From assembly GCA_029262675.1 (NCBI GenBank), contig JAJCYW010000010.1, forward strand, positions 129,166 through 193,165: 64,000 nucleotides of DNA, read 5' to 3'. This DNA is from Chloroflexota bacterium (GTDB taxonomy: Bacteria; Chloroflexota; Dehalococcoidia; DSTF01; RBG-16-68-14). The notes below the pieces were generated by a model. The model searched no databases and was not told where the DNA came from. It saw nothing but the letters and a program-made list of their open reading frames with translations. Position numbers and translations under genes: made by a program. Positions 1 to 8,514 of the stretch are shown piece by piece; the stretch's first letter is position 1; each line of letters opens with the position of its first letter.

Positions 1-1
1 C

Positions 2-1057
2 TGCGACACCAACGGCGGCACGATTCCGTCCAAGCTCACAGAAGCCCTGCGGGCCGCGCGCGAAGCCGTCTCCTGCACCATCAGCATCCACTGCCACAAC
101 GATGCCGGTCTCGCCGTCGCCAACACGATGACGGCGGTGGAGGAAGGCGTCACGCAGGTCCAGGGCTGTATCAACGGCTACGGAGACAAGTGCGGCAACG
201 CCGACCTGGCCAGCGTGATTGCCAACCTGAAGCTGAAGATGGGCATCGACGTAGTTTCCGACGAACAACTGGCGCGCCTGTCCGAGGTCGCGCATTACGT
301 CAGCGAGATCGTCAACGTCGTGCCGTCGCCGTTCCAGCCGTACGTCGGCGCCAGCGCCTTCGCCCATAAGGCCGGCCTCCATACGGACGGCATGCTCAAG
401 GACGACTCCTCATACCAGCACGTCTCACCGGAGCTGGTCGGCAACAGCTACCGTTTGCTGATCTCGGAGTTGGCCGGCAGCAGGGGACTGCTGGAGAAGA
501 TGCGGGCCGCCGGCATCGATGTCGACCTGAACCGCGACGACGCCCGGCGCGTGTTGGAGCAGGTGAAGGAGCAGGAGAGTCGTGGCTACCAGTACGAAGG
601 CGCCGAAGCCTCGTTCGAGCTGCTCGTCCGCCGTTCGCTGCCGGGCTATACGCAGCCGTTCGAGCTGAAGGACTTCTGGATCGTGCAGCGCCGCGCCACA
701 CGGGCGGAGGATCATGGCCGTGAGATGCAGACCGAAGCGATGGTTAAGGTGCAGGTGGGCGAGGAGATCATCCAGACCGCGGCGGACGGCAACGGCCCGG
801 TCAACGCCCTGGACGCCGCGGTGCGGAAGGCGTTGGTTACGTTCTACCCCGAACTGGAGGCGATCAAGCTCGTCGACTACAAGGTGCGCATCATCGATAC
901 GGCGGCAGGCACCGGCGCGTCTGTGCGCGTGCTCATCGAGTCGACCGACGGCGACGCGCTCTGCAGCACGGTCGGCGCGTCGACCGATATCGTGGAGGCC
1001 TCGTGGCTCGCGCTCAACGACGCGTTAGAGTACTGGCTGCTCGCCGCGAAGGGTTAG
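2..1057 (+). CDS. 2-isopropylmalate synthase / (R)-citramalate synthase family protein (LeuA/CimA), 5'-truncated by window start
   Basis: Frame continuous from nt 2 (CDTNGGTIP...). HMGL-like motif SIHCHNDAGLAVANTM, then the C-terminal LeuA-dimerisation-like region. ATG at 128 is internal. Confidence 0.8.
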   Translation, partial: CDTNGGTIPSKLTEALRAAREAVSCTISIHCHNDAGLAVANTMTAVEEGVTQVQGCINGYGDKCGNADLASVIANLKLKMGIDVVSDEQLARLSEVAHYVSEIVNVVPSPFQPYVGASAFAHKAGLHTDGMLKDDSSYQHVSPELVGNSYRLLISELAGSRGLLEKMRAAGIDVDLNRDDARRVLEQVKEQESRGYQYEGAEASFELLVRRSLPGYTQPFELKDFWIVQRRATRAEDHGREMQTEAMVKVQVGEEIIQTAADGNGPVNALDAAVRKALVTFYPELEAIKLVDYKVRIIDTAAGTGASVRVLIESTDGDALCSTVGASTDIVEASWLALNDALEYWLLAAKG

Positions 1058-1082
1058 TGCAATTCCGCTGGCATCACGCTAG

Positions 1083-1108
1083 CCTCACACTGAAACGTCA
1101 GTGTGAGG
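1083..1108. terminator. Perfect hairpin (CCTCACACTGA-aac-GTCAGTGTGAGG) between convergent genes
   Basis: 11-bp stem, 4-nt loop, directly 3' of the synthase stop. Two further palindromes follow at 1130-1153 (GAGTGCGCGC tcta GCGCGCACTC) and 1158-1173 (CCGGTGC ttg CACCGG). Confidence 0.5.
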
Positions 1109-1175
1109 CCACAGGAGGGTCCGGGCCCTGAGTGCGCGCTCTAGCGCGCACTCAAAGCCGGTGCTTGCACCGGCC

Positions 1176-3488
1176 CTACTCCGCCATCTTGATCTCGGGC
1201 AGCCACTCCAGCCACTTCGGCAGGTACCAGTTCCACTCGCCGAGCAGCTTCATCGTCGTCGGCAGGACGAAGGCGCGGATGACGGTCGCGTCGATGAGGA
1301 CCGCGGCCGCGAGGCCGAAGCCGAACTGCTGGAGGCCGATGTTGCGCGTGAAGGCGAAGATCAGCGCCACTGCCACCATGATCGCCGCGGCGTTCGTAAT
1401 GACGCCCGCGGTACCCTTCAAGCCGCGCGAAATCGCCTCGTCAGTCGTCGCACCTTGCTCGTAGTGTTCCTTGATACGGCTCATGACGAACATCTCATAG
1501 TCGATCGATAGGCCGAAGATGATGCTAAAGAGGAACAGCGGCAACCAGGATTCGATGATGCCGGTCGCCTCGAAGTCCAGCGCCCCCTCCAGCAGGTAGC
1601 CCTCCTGGAATACGAGCACGAGCAGCCCATACGCGAACCCAACCGATAGGAGGTTCAGGATGATAGCGCTTGCCGGGATCACAACCGATCGGAAGACGAG
1701 CAGCAGGATCAAGAAAGCAAGCCCGAGAACCCAGACGAGGACGAACGGCGAGCGGAAGATAATGTTGTCGCGGAAGTCGATGTTGCCGGCGCTCGCGCCC
1801 GTGACCAGCACCCGCGCGTCGCTGTCCTCGAACGCCTGCGGGATGAGATCGTCGCGCAGATGGTTCACGGCGTCGATCGCATGCTGATCGCCGGAGTCGG
1901 CGTTAATCGGGATGAAGCCGACTTCTGTGTTGCCCGAGTCGTTGAACGCCGGTTCCTGCGCGATCTGACCAAAGAACGCATCCGGATTGGTTGTGACGCT
2001 CTCCTGCTCCACTAGCGCCACAAGCTCCTCCACGGCTGCCTGGATCCCCGGTACGAAGACGTTGCCCTTCTCCCCGGCGTCGATCACTACCACGGCGGGC
2101 TGAACGAGTCCAAGCGTGAAGTTCTCCTCCAGCGCGATCATTGCTTTCTTGCCCTCAGCGTCATCGTGGAAGCTCCGCACTCCATTGAAGCCCAGGTTCA
2201 GCGTCAGGATCGGAGCCGTAATAGCCAGCAGGGCCACGATCGTTACGGCTGCGAAGATCACCGGTCGTTGCAGCACGCGGTCGATAATGGTGGCCCAAAT
2301 GCCCGTGCCTTCGTCGTGACTGCGGCTCAAGAAGGGAACGCCGAAGCGATCGATGTTGTCGCCGAGGAAGGCGATCAACGCCGGCAGCAGCGTCATCGCG
2401 CTGACGACAGCGATGAGGACGATAACGATTGCGGCCAAACCCAGGCTGCTGAAGATGCTATCGCGGACGAGGAACATGCCGCCCACGGCGAACACCGTCG
2501 TCGAGCCGGCGAAGACCACGGCCTTGCCCGATGTACCCGTGGCCACCCGCAGCGCGTCGTCCTTGGAGCGTCCGTCGCGGCGTTCGTTGCGGTAGCGTGT
2601 GATGACGAACAGCGCGTAATCGATGCCAGTCGCCAATCCCATCAGCAGCACGATCTGCTCGTAGCTCTGGTCCAGCGGAAAGAACTGGCTGATGACAGTG
2701 AGCACGGCCACCGCGACGAAGACGGCGCTGAACGCAAGGATCAGCGGCACAAGCGCGGCCAGCACCGCGCCGAAGGCGAGCACGAGGATGATGAACGTAA
2801 TTGGCAGGTTGAGCAAGCCGGCCCGGGCGAAATCTTCTTCGACGATGTCTGTAACCTGCTTCGTCAGCGACGCCTCGCCGCCGATCAAGATCGCGTCGTC
2901 GCCGGCCCCTTCCAGAAACGCCCCCGCAGGCTCGTACGCAGCGACCGCGTCCAGGACGACACCGATGTTGTCTACCGCCTCCTCAGAGTCGCCCTCCATC
3001 TCTACCAGGATGAACGAGACGTCGCCAGATGCTTCGCGTGTTGCCACGAACGGGGAGAGTTCGCGCGGCGCGCCAATGTCGTAGTGGGTCGTAATGTCGG
3101 AGATAACCCTGGTGTCGCTGACGACCGTTGTGGAGCCCTTTGCGGCTGTCTTCTCTGCGACGAGGCCCGTAAGCACGTCGCGCAGTCCTTGCACCGCTTC
3201 CTCGTATGCCTGGTCGTCAACCGTGAGCGAAGTGTGGGAGAAGACGATGAACTCGGTCAATCCGCTCTCGCTCTCGCCGAAGCGATCGTCAAACAGATTC
3301 GCCGCTTCGCCAGCTTCGCCGGGCGCCTCACCTTCGACGCTCGTGTCCGCCTCGATGACGGAGCAGGCCGCGAATGCTGCGATAACCAGCACGAGCCACG
3401 CTAGCACGACGACACGTCGATTGCGGGCGCTCCACATAGAGATGCGGGCCGTGAAGGATTGGGCTTCCTTGGACGCAGCGTCGTTCAC
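1176..3488 (-). CDS. MMPL-family (RND superfamily) membrane transporter
   Basis: 770 aa with two blocks of TM helices separated by soluble loops, and the MMPL-type motif ALFVITRYRNERRDGRSKDDAL...GKAVVFAGSTTVFAVGGMFL. Confidence 0.85.
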   Translation of the reverse strand: MNDAASKEAQSFTARISMWSARNRRVVVLAWLVLVIAAFAACSVIEADTSVEGEAPGEAGEAANLFDDRFGESESGLTEFIVFSHTSLTVDDQAYEEAVQGLRDVLTGLVAEKTAAKGSTTVVSDTRVISDITTHYDIGAPRELSPFVATREASGDVSFILVEMEGDSEEAVDNIGVVLDAVAAYEPAGAFLEGAGDDAILIGGEASLTKQVTDIVEEDFARAGLLNLPITFIILVLAFGAVLAALVPLILAFSAVFVAVAVLTVISQFFPLDQSYEQIVLLMGLATGIDYALFVITRYRNERRDGRSKDDALRVATGTSGKAVVFAGSTTVFAVGGMFLVRDSIFSSLGLAAIVIVLIAVVSAMTLLPALIAFLGDNIDRFGVPFLSRSHDEGTGIWATIIDRVLQRPVIFAAVTIVALLAITAPILTLNLGFNGVRSFHDDAEGKKAMIALEENFTLGLVQPAVVVIDAGEKGNVFVPGIQAAVEELVALVEQESVTTNPDAFFGQIAQEPAFNDSGNTEVGFIPINADSGDQHAIDAVNHLRDDLIPQAFEDSDARVLVTGASAGNIDFRDNIIFRSPFVLVWVLGLAFLILLLVFRSVVIPASAIILNLLSVGFAYGLLVLVFQEGYLLEGALDFEATGIIESWLPLFLFSIIFGLSIDYEMFVMSRIKEHYEQGATTDEAISRGLKGTAGVITNAAAIMVAVALIFAFTRNIGLQQFGFGLAAAVLIDATVIRAFVLPTTMKLLGEWNWYLPKWLEWLPEIKMAE

Positions 3489-3592
3489 GTCATCCTCCTA
3501 GACTGAGCTTGAGCCAGAGGCGCGATTGGCCGTATAGTAGGCGCAATCACGCTGCTCAGTCAACCACTGCTGCGAGAAGTGAGGGGACGGAT

Positions 3593-4969
3593 ATGCTGCG
3601 ATCGATGAATTTCCCGAAGGCCATGATCCTCGTGGTTGGGCTTGTTTCCTTACTCTGCATAGCGGCTGCCTGTGGCGACGGTGACGATGATGGCGACTCG
3701 CCTCCGGTGGACGTCGAGCCCATCGAGCGCGGCGTCAACATCCCCATCGTGATCCCCGCTGGTGAGCCGATCATCATCGGCGTCTCGACTGCACTAACCG
3801 GCGGGCCCGCAGGCGACCGCGGGGCAGAGTATCGGGACGCCGCCATCGTCGCCGTCGAGCGCTGGAAGCAGCAGAACGGCGCGCTCATCGGCGGTCACGA
3901 GATCGTCGTGCATGCCGAGGACGATGGCTGCTCCAACACCGCGATCACTACCCGCGCCGCAGGCCACCTCCTGCGCGGCGAGGACGGACACCGGCAACTT
4001 CCGGGTCTCGTCGGCGTGATCGGGCCGCAGTGCAGCGGCGGCGTGCGCGCCGTGATCGACGACTACGCCAACGCAGGCATCGTCATGATCTCCGGCTCTG
4101 CCACGACGACAACGCTTACCGACGACCAGGGGGATGACGGCTTCTTCTTCCGCACGGCCTATCGCAACGACCTGGAGGGTACGCTGATCGGGCTGTTCGC
4201 AGCTACTAGAGAAGATCTCGGGATCGACAGTGCCGTGATCGTGGATAACAGCGAGACGTATGGCGAGGACCTGGCAAGCAACGCGGCGCGCATCTCTGAG
4301 GAAGTTGGCCTGACCATCGATCGCCTGAGCATTACCGAAGGGACCGTCGACTTCGGCCCGACGGTTCAGGAGATCACAGCTCTGGACCCGGCCTTCGTCG
4401 CCTTCACAGGCTTCAACCCGGAAGCGGCATTGCTCTACCGGCAACTCCGCGATGCCGGATACGATGGCATCTTCGGGGCAGGGGACGGGGCGGCTTCCGT
4501 CACAGGCTTTGTAGAGCCGGTCGGTGTCGCTGAGGCCGAGGGCGTCCTATTCTCAGGCTGCACGCTGCTGCTTCCCTCGGTGTTCCTGGACGACTTCGTA
4601 GACTTGCACGGCTACACACCCAGAGCTTCCTTCCCGACCCAGTACGCTGACGCCGCTACGGTCCTGCTTAGCGCGGTAGTCGCAGTGGCCGAGGCCCAAG
4701 ACGACGGCTCCCTCATCATCGAACCGACAGCGCTGCGTGACCGCGTGCGCGATACCGTCATCAGTGGCCTCTCAGGGGGCATTGCGTTCGATGAGAACGG
4801 CGATCGCCTGCCACCGGGCGTCAACAGCCTTGAGGACTTCGTTGCCACAGCGTTGGCAGAGGAGGATGCGACCGCGTTCGTGGACCTAGGCCTCGTGCCT
4901 TGCCAGGTCCAGGATGGCGTGCTAGTCAACTTGATGGGGCCGGGTGCCGGCGACATCATCTTTCCGTAA
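3593..4969 (+). CDS. ABC-type substrate-binding lipoprotein, Leu/Ile/Val-binding-like (periplasmic binding protein type 1); no ABC partners adjacent
   Basis: ATG 3593 preceded by GAGGGGACGG. Signal peptide with lipobox LLCIAAAC. IIGVSTALTGGPAGDRG...VGVIGPQCSGG...ISGSATT matches LivJ-like SBPs. ORF track start 3509 is an upstream over-extension. Confidence 0.75.
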   Translation: MLRSMNFPKAMILVVGLVSLLCIAAACGDGDDDGDSPPVDVEPIERGVNIPIVIPAGEPIIIGVSTALTGGPAGDRGAEYRDAAIVAVERWKQQNGALIGGHEIVVHAEDDGCSNTAITTRAAGHLLRGEDGHRQLPGLVGVIGPQCSGGVRAVIDDYANAGIVMISGSATTTTLTDDQGDDGFFFRTAYRNDLEGTLIGLFAATREDLGIDSAVIVDNSETYGEDLASNAARISEEVGLTIDRLSITEGTVDFGPTVQEITALDPAFVAFTGFNPEAALLYRQLRDAGYDGIFGAGDGAASVTGFVEPVGVAEAEGVLFSGCTLLLPSVFLDDFVDLHGYTPRASFPTQYADAATVLLSAVVAVAEAQDDGSLIIEPTALRDRVRDTVISGLSGGIAFDENGDRLPPGVNSLEDFVATALAEEDATAFVDLGLVPCQVQDGVLVNLMGPGAGDIIFP

Positions 4970-5006
4970 TAGTGGCGACGTACCGCCGATACCGGGATCG
5001 TCGGCA

Positions 5007-5519
5007 TTGAGCCAGCTCGCCCAGGTCACGTCGCTCTACGCCTACAACGAATGGGCGAACGGCCACGTTATCGATGCCGCCTCTGCGCTGACCGAGGACG
5101 ACTACGGCCGCGACCTCGGCGCCAGCTTCGGGAGCGTACGCGGCAACCTGGCCCACATCGTCGGAGCGCAGACGCTCTGGCTGGGCCGCTTTAACTCCGC
5201 CGGTGGTGGCAAGCTGCCGGAAGCGGACGGAAGCCTGGGCGGCGTGCGCCGCCTCAACGCCACGTTCCATACCCGCCTGCGCGACTTCTTAGCGTTCCTG
5301 GGCGAGAGCGATCTGGCGTCCGCCGTTTCCTACGTGGACACGCGCGGGAGCGCGCACGAACATCCGCTGGGGCCGCTGCTGGTTCACGTAGTCAACCATG
5401 GCACGCACCACCGGGCGGAAGCGGCCATGCTGCTGACGTCGCTTGGGCACGGGCCCAGGCAGTTGGATTACGTGTTCTTCGAGCTAGAACGAACGGGCGT
5501 GGAGCCGCGGCTGACGTAG
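5007..5519 (+). CDS. DinB-family (DinB_2 / damage-inducible, metal-dependent hydrolase-like) protein
   Basis: LYAYNEWANGHVIDAA...NLAHIVGAQTLWLGRF...VNHGTHHRAEAAMLLTSLG. In-frame TTG at 5007 gives ~170 aa; upstream ATG 4944 overlaps the SBP gene. Start uncertain. Confidence 0.65.
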   Translation: MSQLAQVTSLYAYNEWANGHVIDAASALTEDDYGRDLGASFGSVRGNLAHIVGAQTLWLGRFNSAGGGKLPEADGSLGGVRRLNATFHTRLRDFLAFLGESDLASAVSYVDTRGSAHEHPLGPLLVHVVNHGTHHRAEAAMLLTSLGHGPRQLDYVFFELERTGVEPRLT

Positions 5520-5627
5520 CTGATGGGGCCAGCGGTCGCCTGCATAGCAGGCGACCGCTGGCTGCCCGACCAAAGACGGGCAGCCGCGGACAGGCGGCGA
5601 ACCGCGGCTTACGTAACCCGCCTGACG

Positions 5628-7187
5628 CTAGACGGGCGGCCGCGCGCCGCCATTCGGCGTTGCGGCCAACGCAAGCGTGACCACGAACTCGGTGCCGTCT
5701 TCGCGGCTGCTGTTGGCGTGCGCGCTGCCGCCGTGGGCCTGCACGACCTCGCGGACGATGGCGAGGCCGAGGCCGGCGCCGTCGGTGCTGCGGTTGCGGT
5801 CCATCTGGAAGAAGCGCTCGAAGACGCGTGGCAGCTCGGCTGGCGGAATGTAGGAGCCGGTGTTGTGGACTGCGACGCGCACGTGGCCGTCTTCCCGCCG
5901 TGCGCTGACCGTGATCCTTCCGCCTGCCGGCGCGTGCCGCACGGCGTTGTCGATGAGGTTCGTGAACGCCTGCTCCAGACGCCGCTCGTCACCCGTAATG
6001 GCCGGCACGTCGTCGAGCTCCAGCCGCAGCTCCGCGCCGGACTCCTGTAGCTGCCAGTCGAAGCGGCCCGCGGAGGCTTCGAGGAGGTGGGCGACGTCGA
6101 TGAGCTCCCGCTGGACGACGGCCTGGCCGGATTCCAGACGCGACAGCTCGATCAGGTCATCCACCAAGCTGCGCATTCGCTGCGCTTCCTGGTTGATGAT
6201 CTTACCCGCCTGCTCCTGCTCTTCCGGCGTGGATATCGCACGCTCCTCCATCGCCTGGGAGAAGCCCTGGATGGAGGTGAGCGGCGTCTTCAACTCGTGA
6301 GAGACGTTGGCCAGCAGGTCGCGCATCATCTGCTGGGAGCGGCTGACCTGCAAGGCCATCTCGTTGAACGCGCGCGCCAGCCTGCCCACCTCGTCTTCGC
6401 CCCGCGGATCGAGCTGCTGGTCGTAGTCGCCCTGGGCCATGTTCTGGGCCGCCTGCGTTACCAGGCCCAGCCGTCTCGACACTGAGCGTGAGATCAGCAG
6501 CGCCGCGATGGCCGACGCGACGAGCGCGATGCCGCCGGCGATCGCGAGCTGCGGGATCAGGTCGGGCCAGGCGGAAGCGACTCGCTCCTCCGGCACGGCG
6601 ACTAAGGGCCGCAGGCTGGGCAGCGGAATGGTGCGGGATCCTTCAGCGCGGTTAACGAGGTCTTCCAACAGCCTATCGACCGCGTCCGGCGCTAGTCCCG
6701 CAGCGCTGAGTTCGTAGAACGCGGTCTGAAGCTGGAGCAGCCCGCTGCTGGAGACGCGCAGCGTTTCGTTGGCCGGCGCGAAGAGTAGCAGGGTTTCGCC
6801 GTCCACGTCGTAGCGCGCGCTGCGGAAGCGCGCGCCGTCGCGCACCGTGACTTTCGGCCCTAGCGCGAGGAAGACGTCAACCGTTTGCCCTGACATACTC
6901 GACTCCGTGTCAGTCGCGACAAGGCCGCGTTCGTCGACAAGGAGAACGCGCACGTCGAAGGCGCTGGCGTAGCCGTTGATCGTGTTCTGGATCTCCGCCT
7001 GGCTGACGCCGGCCTCTTCCAGGAGCGCCACCGCCAGCGTCATCGGTTCTGCCAGCCGGCCCACGCGCGCCTCCTCGGCCTCGCGCTCCTGGTCTCGCAG
7101 CAGGACAAGGGTGCCCGCCGCGGAGACCGCCAGCGTCAGGACGATGACGAACGCGAATGCCAGGAGGAGGCGCGACCTAAGACTCAT
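5628..7187 (-). CDS. Sensor histidine kinase (TM + HAMP + HisKA + HATPase_c)
   Basis: HisKA box LANVSHELKTPLTSIQGFSQAM; HATPase motifs NLIDNAVRHA, GAGLGLAIVRE. ATG at 7187 (MSLRSRLLLAFAF...) overlaps the response-regulator stop by 11 nt. Confidence 0.85.
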   Translation of the reverse strand: MSLRSRLLLAFAFVIVLTLAVSAAGTLVLLRDQEREAEEARVGRLAEPMTLAVALLEEAGVSQAEIQNTINGYASAFDVRVLLVDERGLVATDTESSMSGQTVDVFLALGPKVTVRDGARFRSARYDVDGETLLLFAPANETLRVSSSGLLQLQTAFYELSAAGLAPDAVDRLLEDLVNRAEGSRTIPLPSLRPLVAVPEERVASAWPDLIPQLAIAGGIALVASAIAALLISRSVSRRLGLVTQAAQNMAQGDYDQQLDPRGEDEVGRLARAFNEMALQVSRSQQMMRDLLANVSHELKTPLTSIQGFSQAMEERAISTPEEQEQAGKIINQEAQRMRSLVDDLIELSRLESGQAVVQRELIDVAHLLEASAGRFDWQLQESGAELRLELDDVPAITGDERRLEQAFTNLIDNAVRHAPAGGRITVSARREDGHVRVAVHNTGSYIPPAELPRVFERFFQMDRNRSTDGAGLGLAIVREVVQAHGGSAHANSSREDGTEFVVTLALAATPNGGARPPV

Positions 7188-7866
7188 CGGTGCTGACCAC
7201 CAACTTGTAGCCAACGCCCCACACCGTCTGGATCTTGGCGTGCTTGGCCCCCGCCAGCTTTTCGCGCAGCCAGGCGACGTGGACGTCGATTGTCCGCGTA
7301 TCGCCGTAGTAATCGCTGCCCCAGACCAATTGGAGTAGCCGCTCTCGGTCGAGGACCGTGCCGGTGTGGTTCATGAACGCGGCCAGTAGGTCGAACTCCT
7401 TTGCCCGCAGCGTCACCTGCTTCCCTTCGACCGTTACCTCGCGGCTGGCGGAGTCCAGCCGAAGTCCGTCGGCCTCCAGCACCGCCTGCGGGGGTGCCGC
7501 GCTGGACGTTCGCCGCAGCACGGCCTTCACGCGCGCGACGAGCTCCCTGGGGTTGAAGGGCTTGGTGACGTAATCGTCCGCGCCGAGCTCGAGGCCGACG
7601 ACGCGGTCGATGTCGTCGTCGCGCGCCGTGAGCAAGATGATGGGCACGTTGCTCGTCTTGCGCAGCTCCTGGCAGACGGCCAGACCGTCCATCTCCGGCA
7701 TCATGATGTCCAGGATGATCAGATCGGGCCGCAGGGACTTGGCCTTCTCCAAGGCTTCAGCCCCGTTGTAGGCGGCCTCCACCTGGTAGCCGTCCTTGTT
7801 CAGGTAGAGCCGCGCTAGCTTGACGATGTTCTGCTCGTCGTCGACGACGAGGATCGTGCTGGCCAT
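7177..7866 (-). CDS. OmpR-family response regulator (REC + winged-helix)
   Basis: ILVVDDEQNIVKLARLYL...DLIILDIMMPEMDG...GADDYVTKPF; C-terminal trans_reg_C-like (TIDVHVAWLREKL). Confidence 0.9.
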   Translation of the reverse strand: MASTILVVDDEQNIVKLARLYLNKDGYQVEAAYNGAEALEKAKSLRPDLIILDIMMPEMDGLAVCQELRKTSNVPIILLTARDDDIDRVVGLELGADDYVTKPFNPRELVARVKAVLRRTSSAAPPQAVLEADGLRLDSASREVTVEGKQVTLRAKEFDLLAAFMNHTGTVLDRERLLQLVWGSDYYGDTRTIDVHVAWLREKLAGAKHAKIQTVWGVGYKLVVSTDES

Positions 7867-8125
7867 TGTTTCCCGTTCCTGGCTTTGGCGTTCGATCGCG
7901 TCTACTAACTATAACGCGGGACGGGGAGGATCGTACGCAGCCAGAGGGGCGGACCGCTCATCTGCCCTGCCTCCAAGCATTGCAGAACGCACGCCTTGCG
8001 ATGCACGCGGGCGGTTCGCCCCTGCCCATGCTGAGGCATCGACGATAAGGCGGTGCTAAGCGACTGTAAACACTGCGTTAACTCTTTTTGGGCGGGCCGT
8101 GCCGACCTTTTATGCGGCCGTACCA

Positions 8126-8134
8126 TGGTATAAT
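8126..8134 (+). promoter_or_regulatory. Candidate extended -10 element TGGTATAAT
   Basis: Perfect TATAAT with upstream TGn, ~75 nt upstream of the Zn-ribbon gene. No convincing -35. Confidence 0.3.
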
Positions 8135-8210
8135 CCGCCCGTGTCCTGCAGCGAACGGGGCTGTTTGCGGGCCTCGGCGCAGGAGAGTTGGACTGAGGAG
8201 GTGGCTTGTG

Positions 8211-8420
8211 ATGGCCAACGGATTGCCGGTTTGTCAGAAATGCAAGGCGGGGGACCTGGTTCCGCTTTCGGACTTTGGAAGCCAGGGGGCGGCGATTCAC
8301 TACAAGGCCTGGGCCTGTACCAACCCGGACTGCGGGTTCAACCTCAAGATCCGCAACGGCGACCTCTACGTTGACGAACCGATCAGCAGCGGGACTTCCC
8401 ACGTTCCGCGCAGCCGCTGA
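8211..8420 (+). CDS. Small zinc-ribbon protein (CxxC...CxxxxC), hypothetical
   Basis: ATG 8211 (or GTG 8208) with GAGGAGG 9 nt upstream. MANGLPVCQKCKAGDL...WACTNPDCGFNL. ORF-track start 8088 is an over-extension. Confidence 0.5.
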   Translation: MANGLPVCQKCKAGDLVPLSDFGSQGAAIHYKAWACTNPDCGFNLKIRNGDLYVDEPISSGTSHVPRSR

Positions 8421-8449
8421 TCCGCGCCGCTAGAGGTCTCTTAGTGCCC

Positions 8450-8514
8450 GCTAGCACCAGCTAGCGCCTAGCGCCTAGCGCCAAGCGCCAAGCGCCAAGC
8501 GATCGCTAGCGCCC
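8450..8514. repeat. Heptanucleotide microsatellite (CTAGCGC)x3-(CAAGCGC)x3 between convergent gene ends
   Basis: gctagcaccag ctagcgc ctagcgc ctagcgc caagcgc caagcgc caagcg atcgctagcgcc, read directly. Confidence 0.7.

Noticed and set aside
396-715. Antisense ORFs (101 and 96 aa) inside the LeuA/CimA-family gene
   Set aside because: Arg/Pro/Ala-rich low-complexity translations typical of GC-rich shadow frames; fully contained in a well-supported gene on the other strand.
2166-3404. 412-aa + strand ORF opposite the MmpL gene
   Set aside because: Asp/Glu/Arg/His-rich non-protein-like composition; antisense to a 770-aa transporter with clear TM and MMPL motifs.
7905-8402. 165-aa minus-strand ORF opposite the Zn-ribbon gene and its promoter region
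   Set aside because: Pro/Arg-rich, no RBS, overlaps a plausible small gene with a strong RBS and extended -10 on the other strand.
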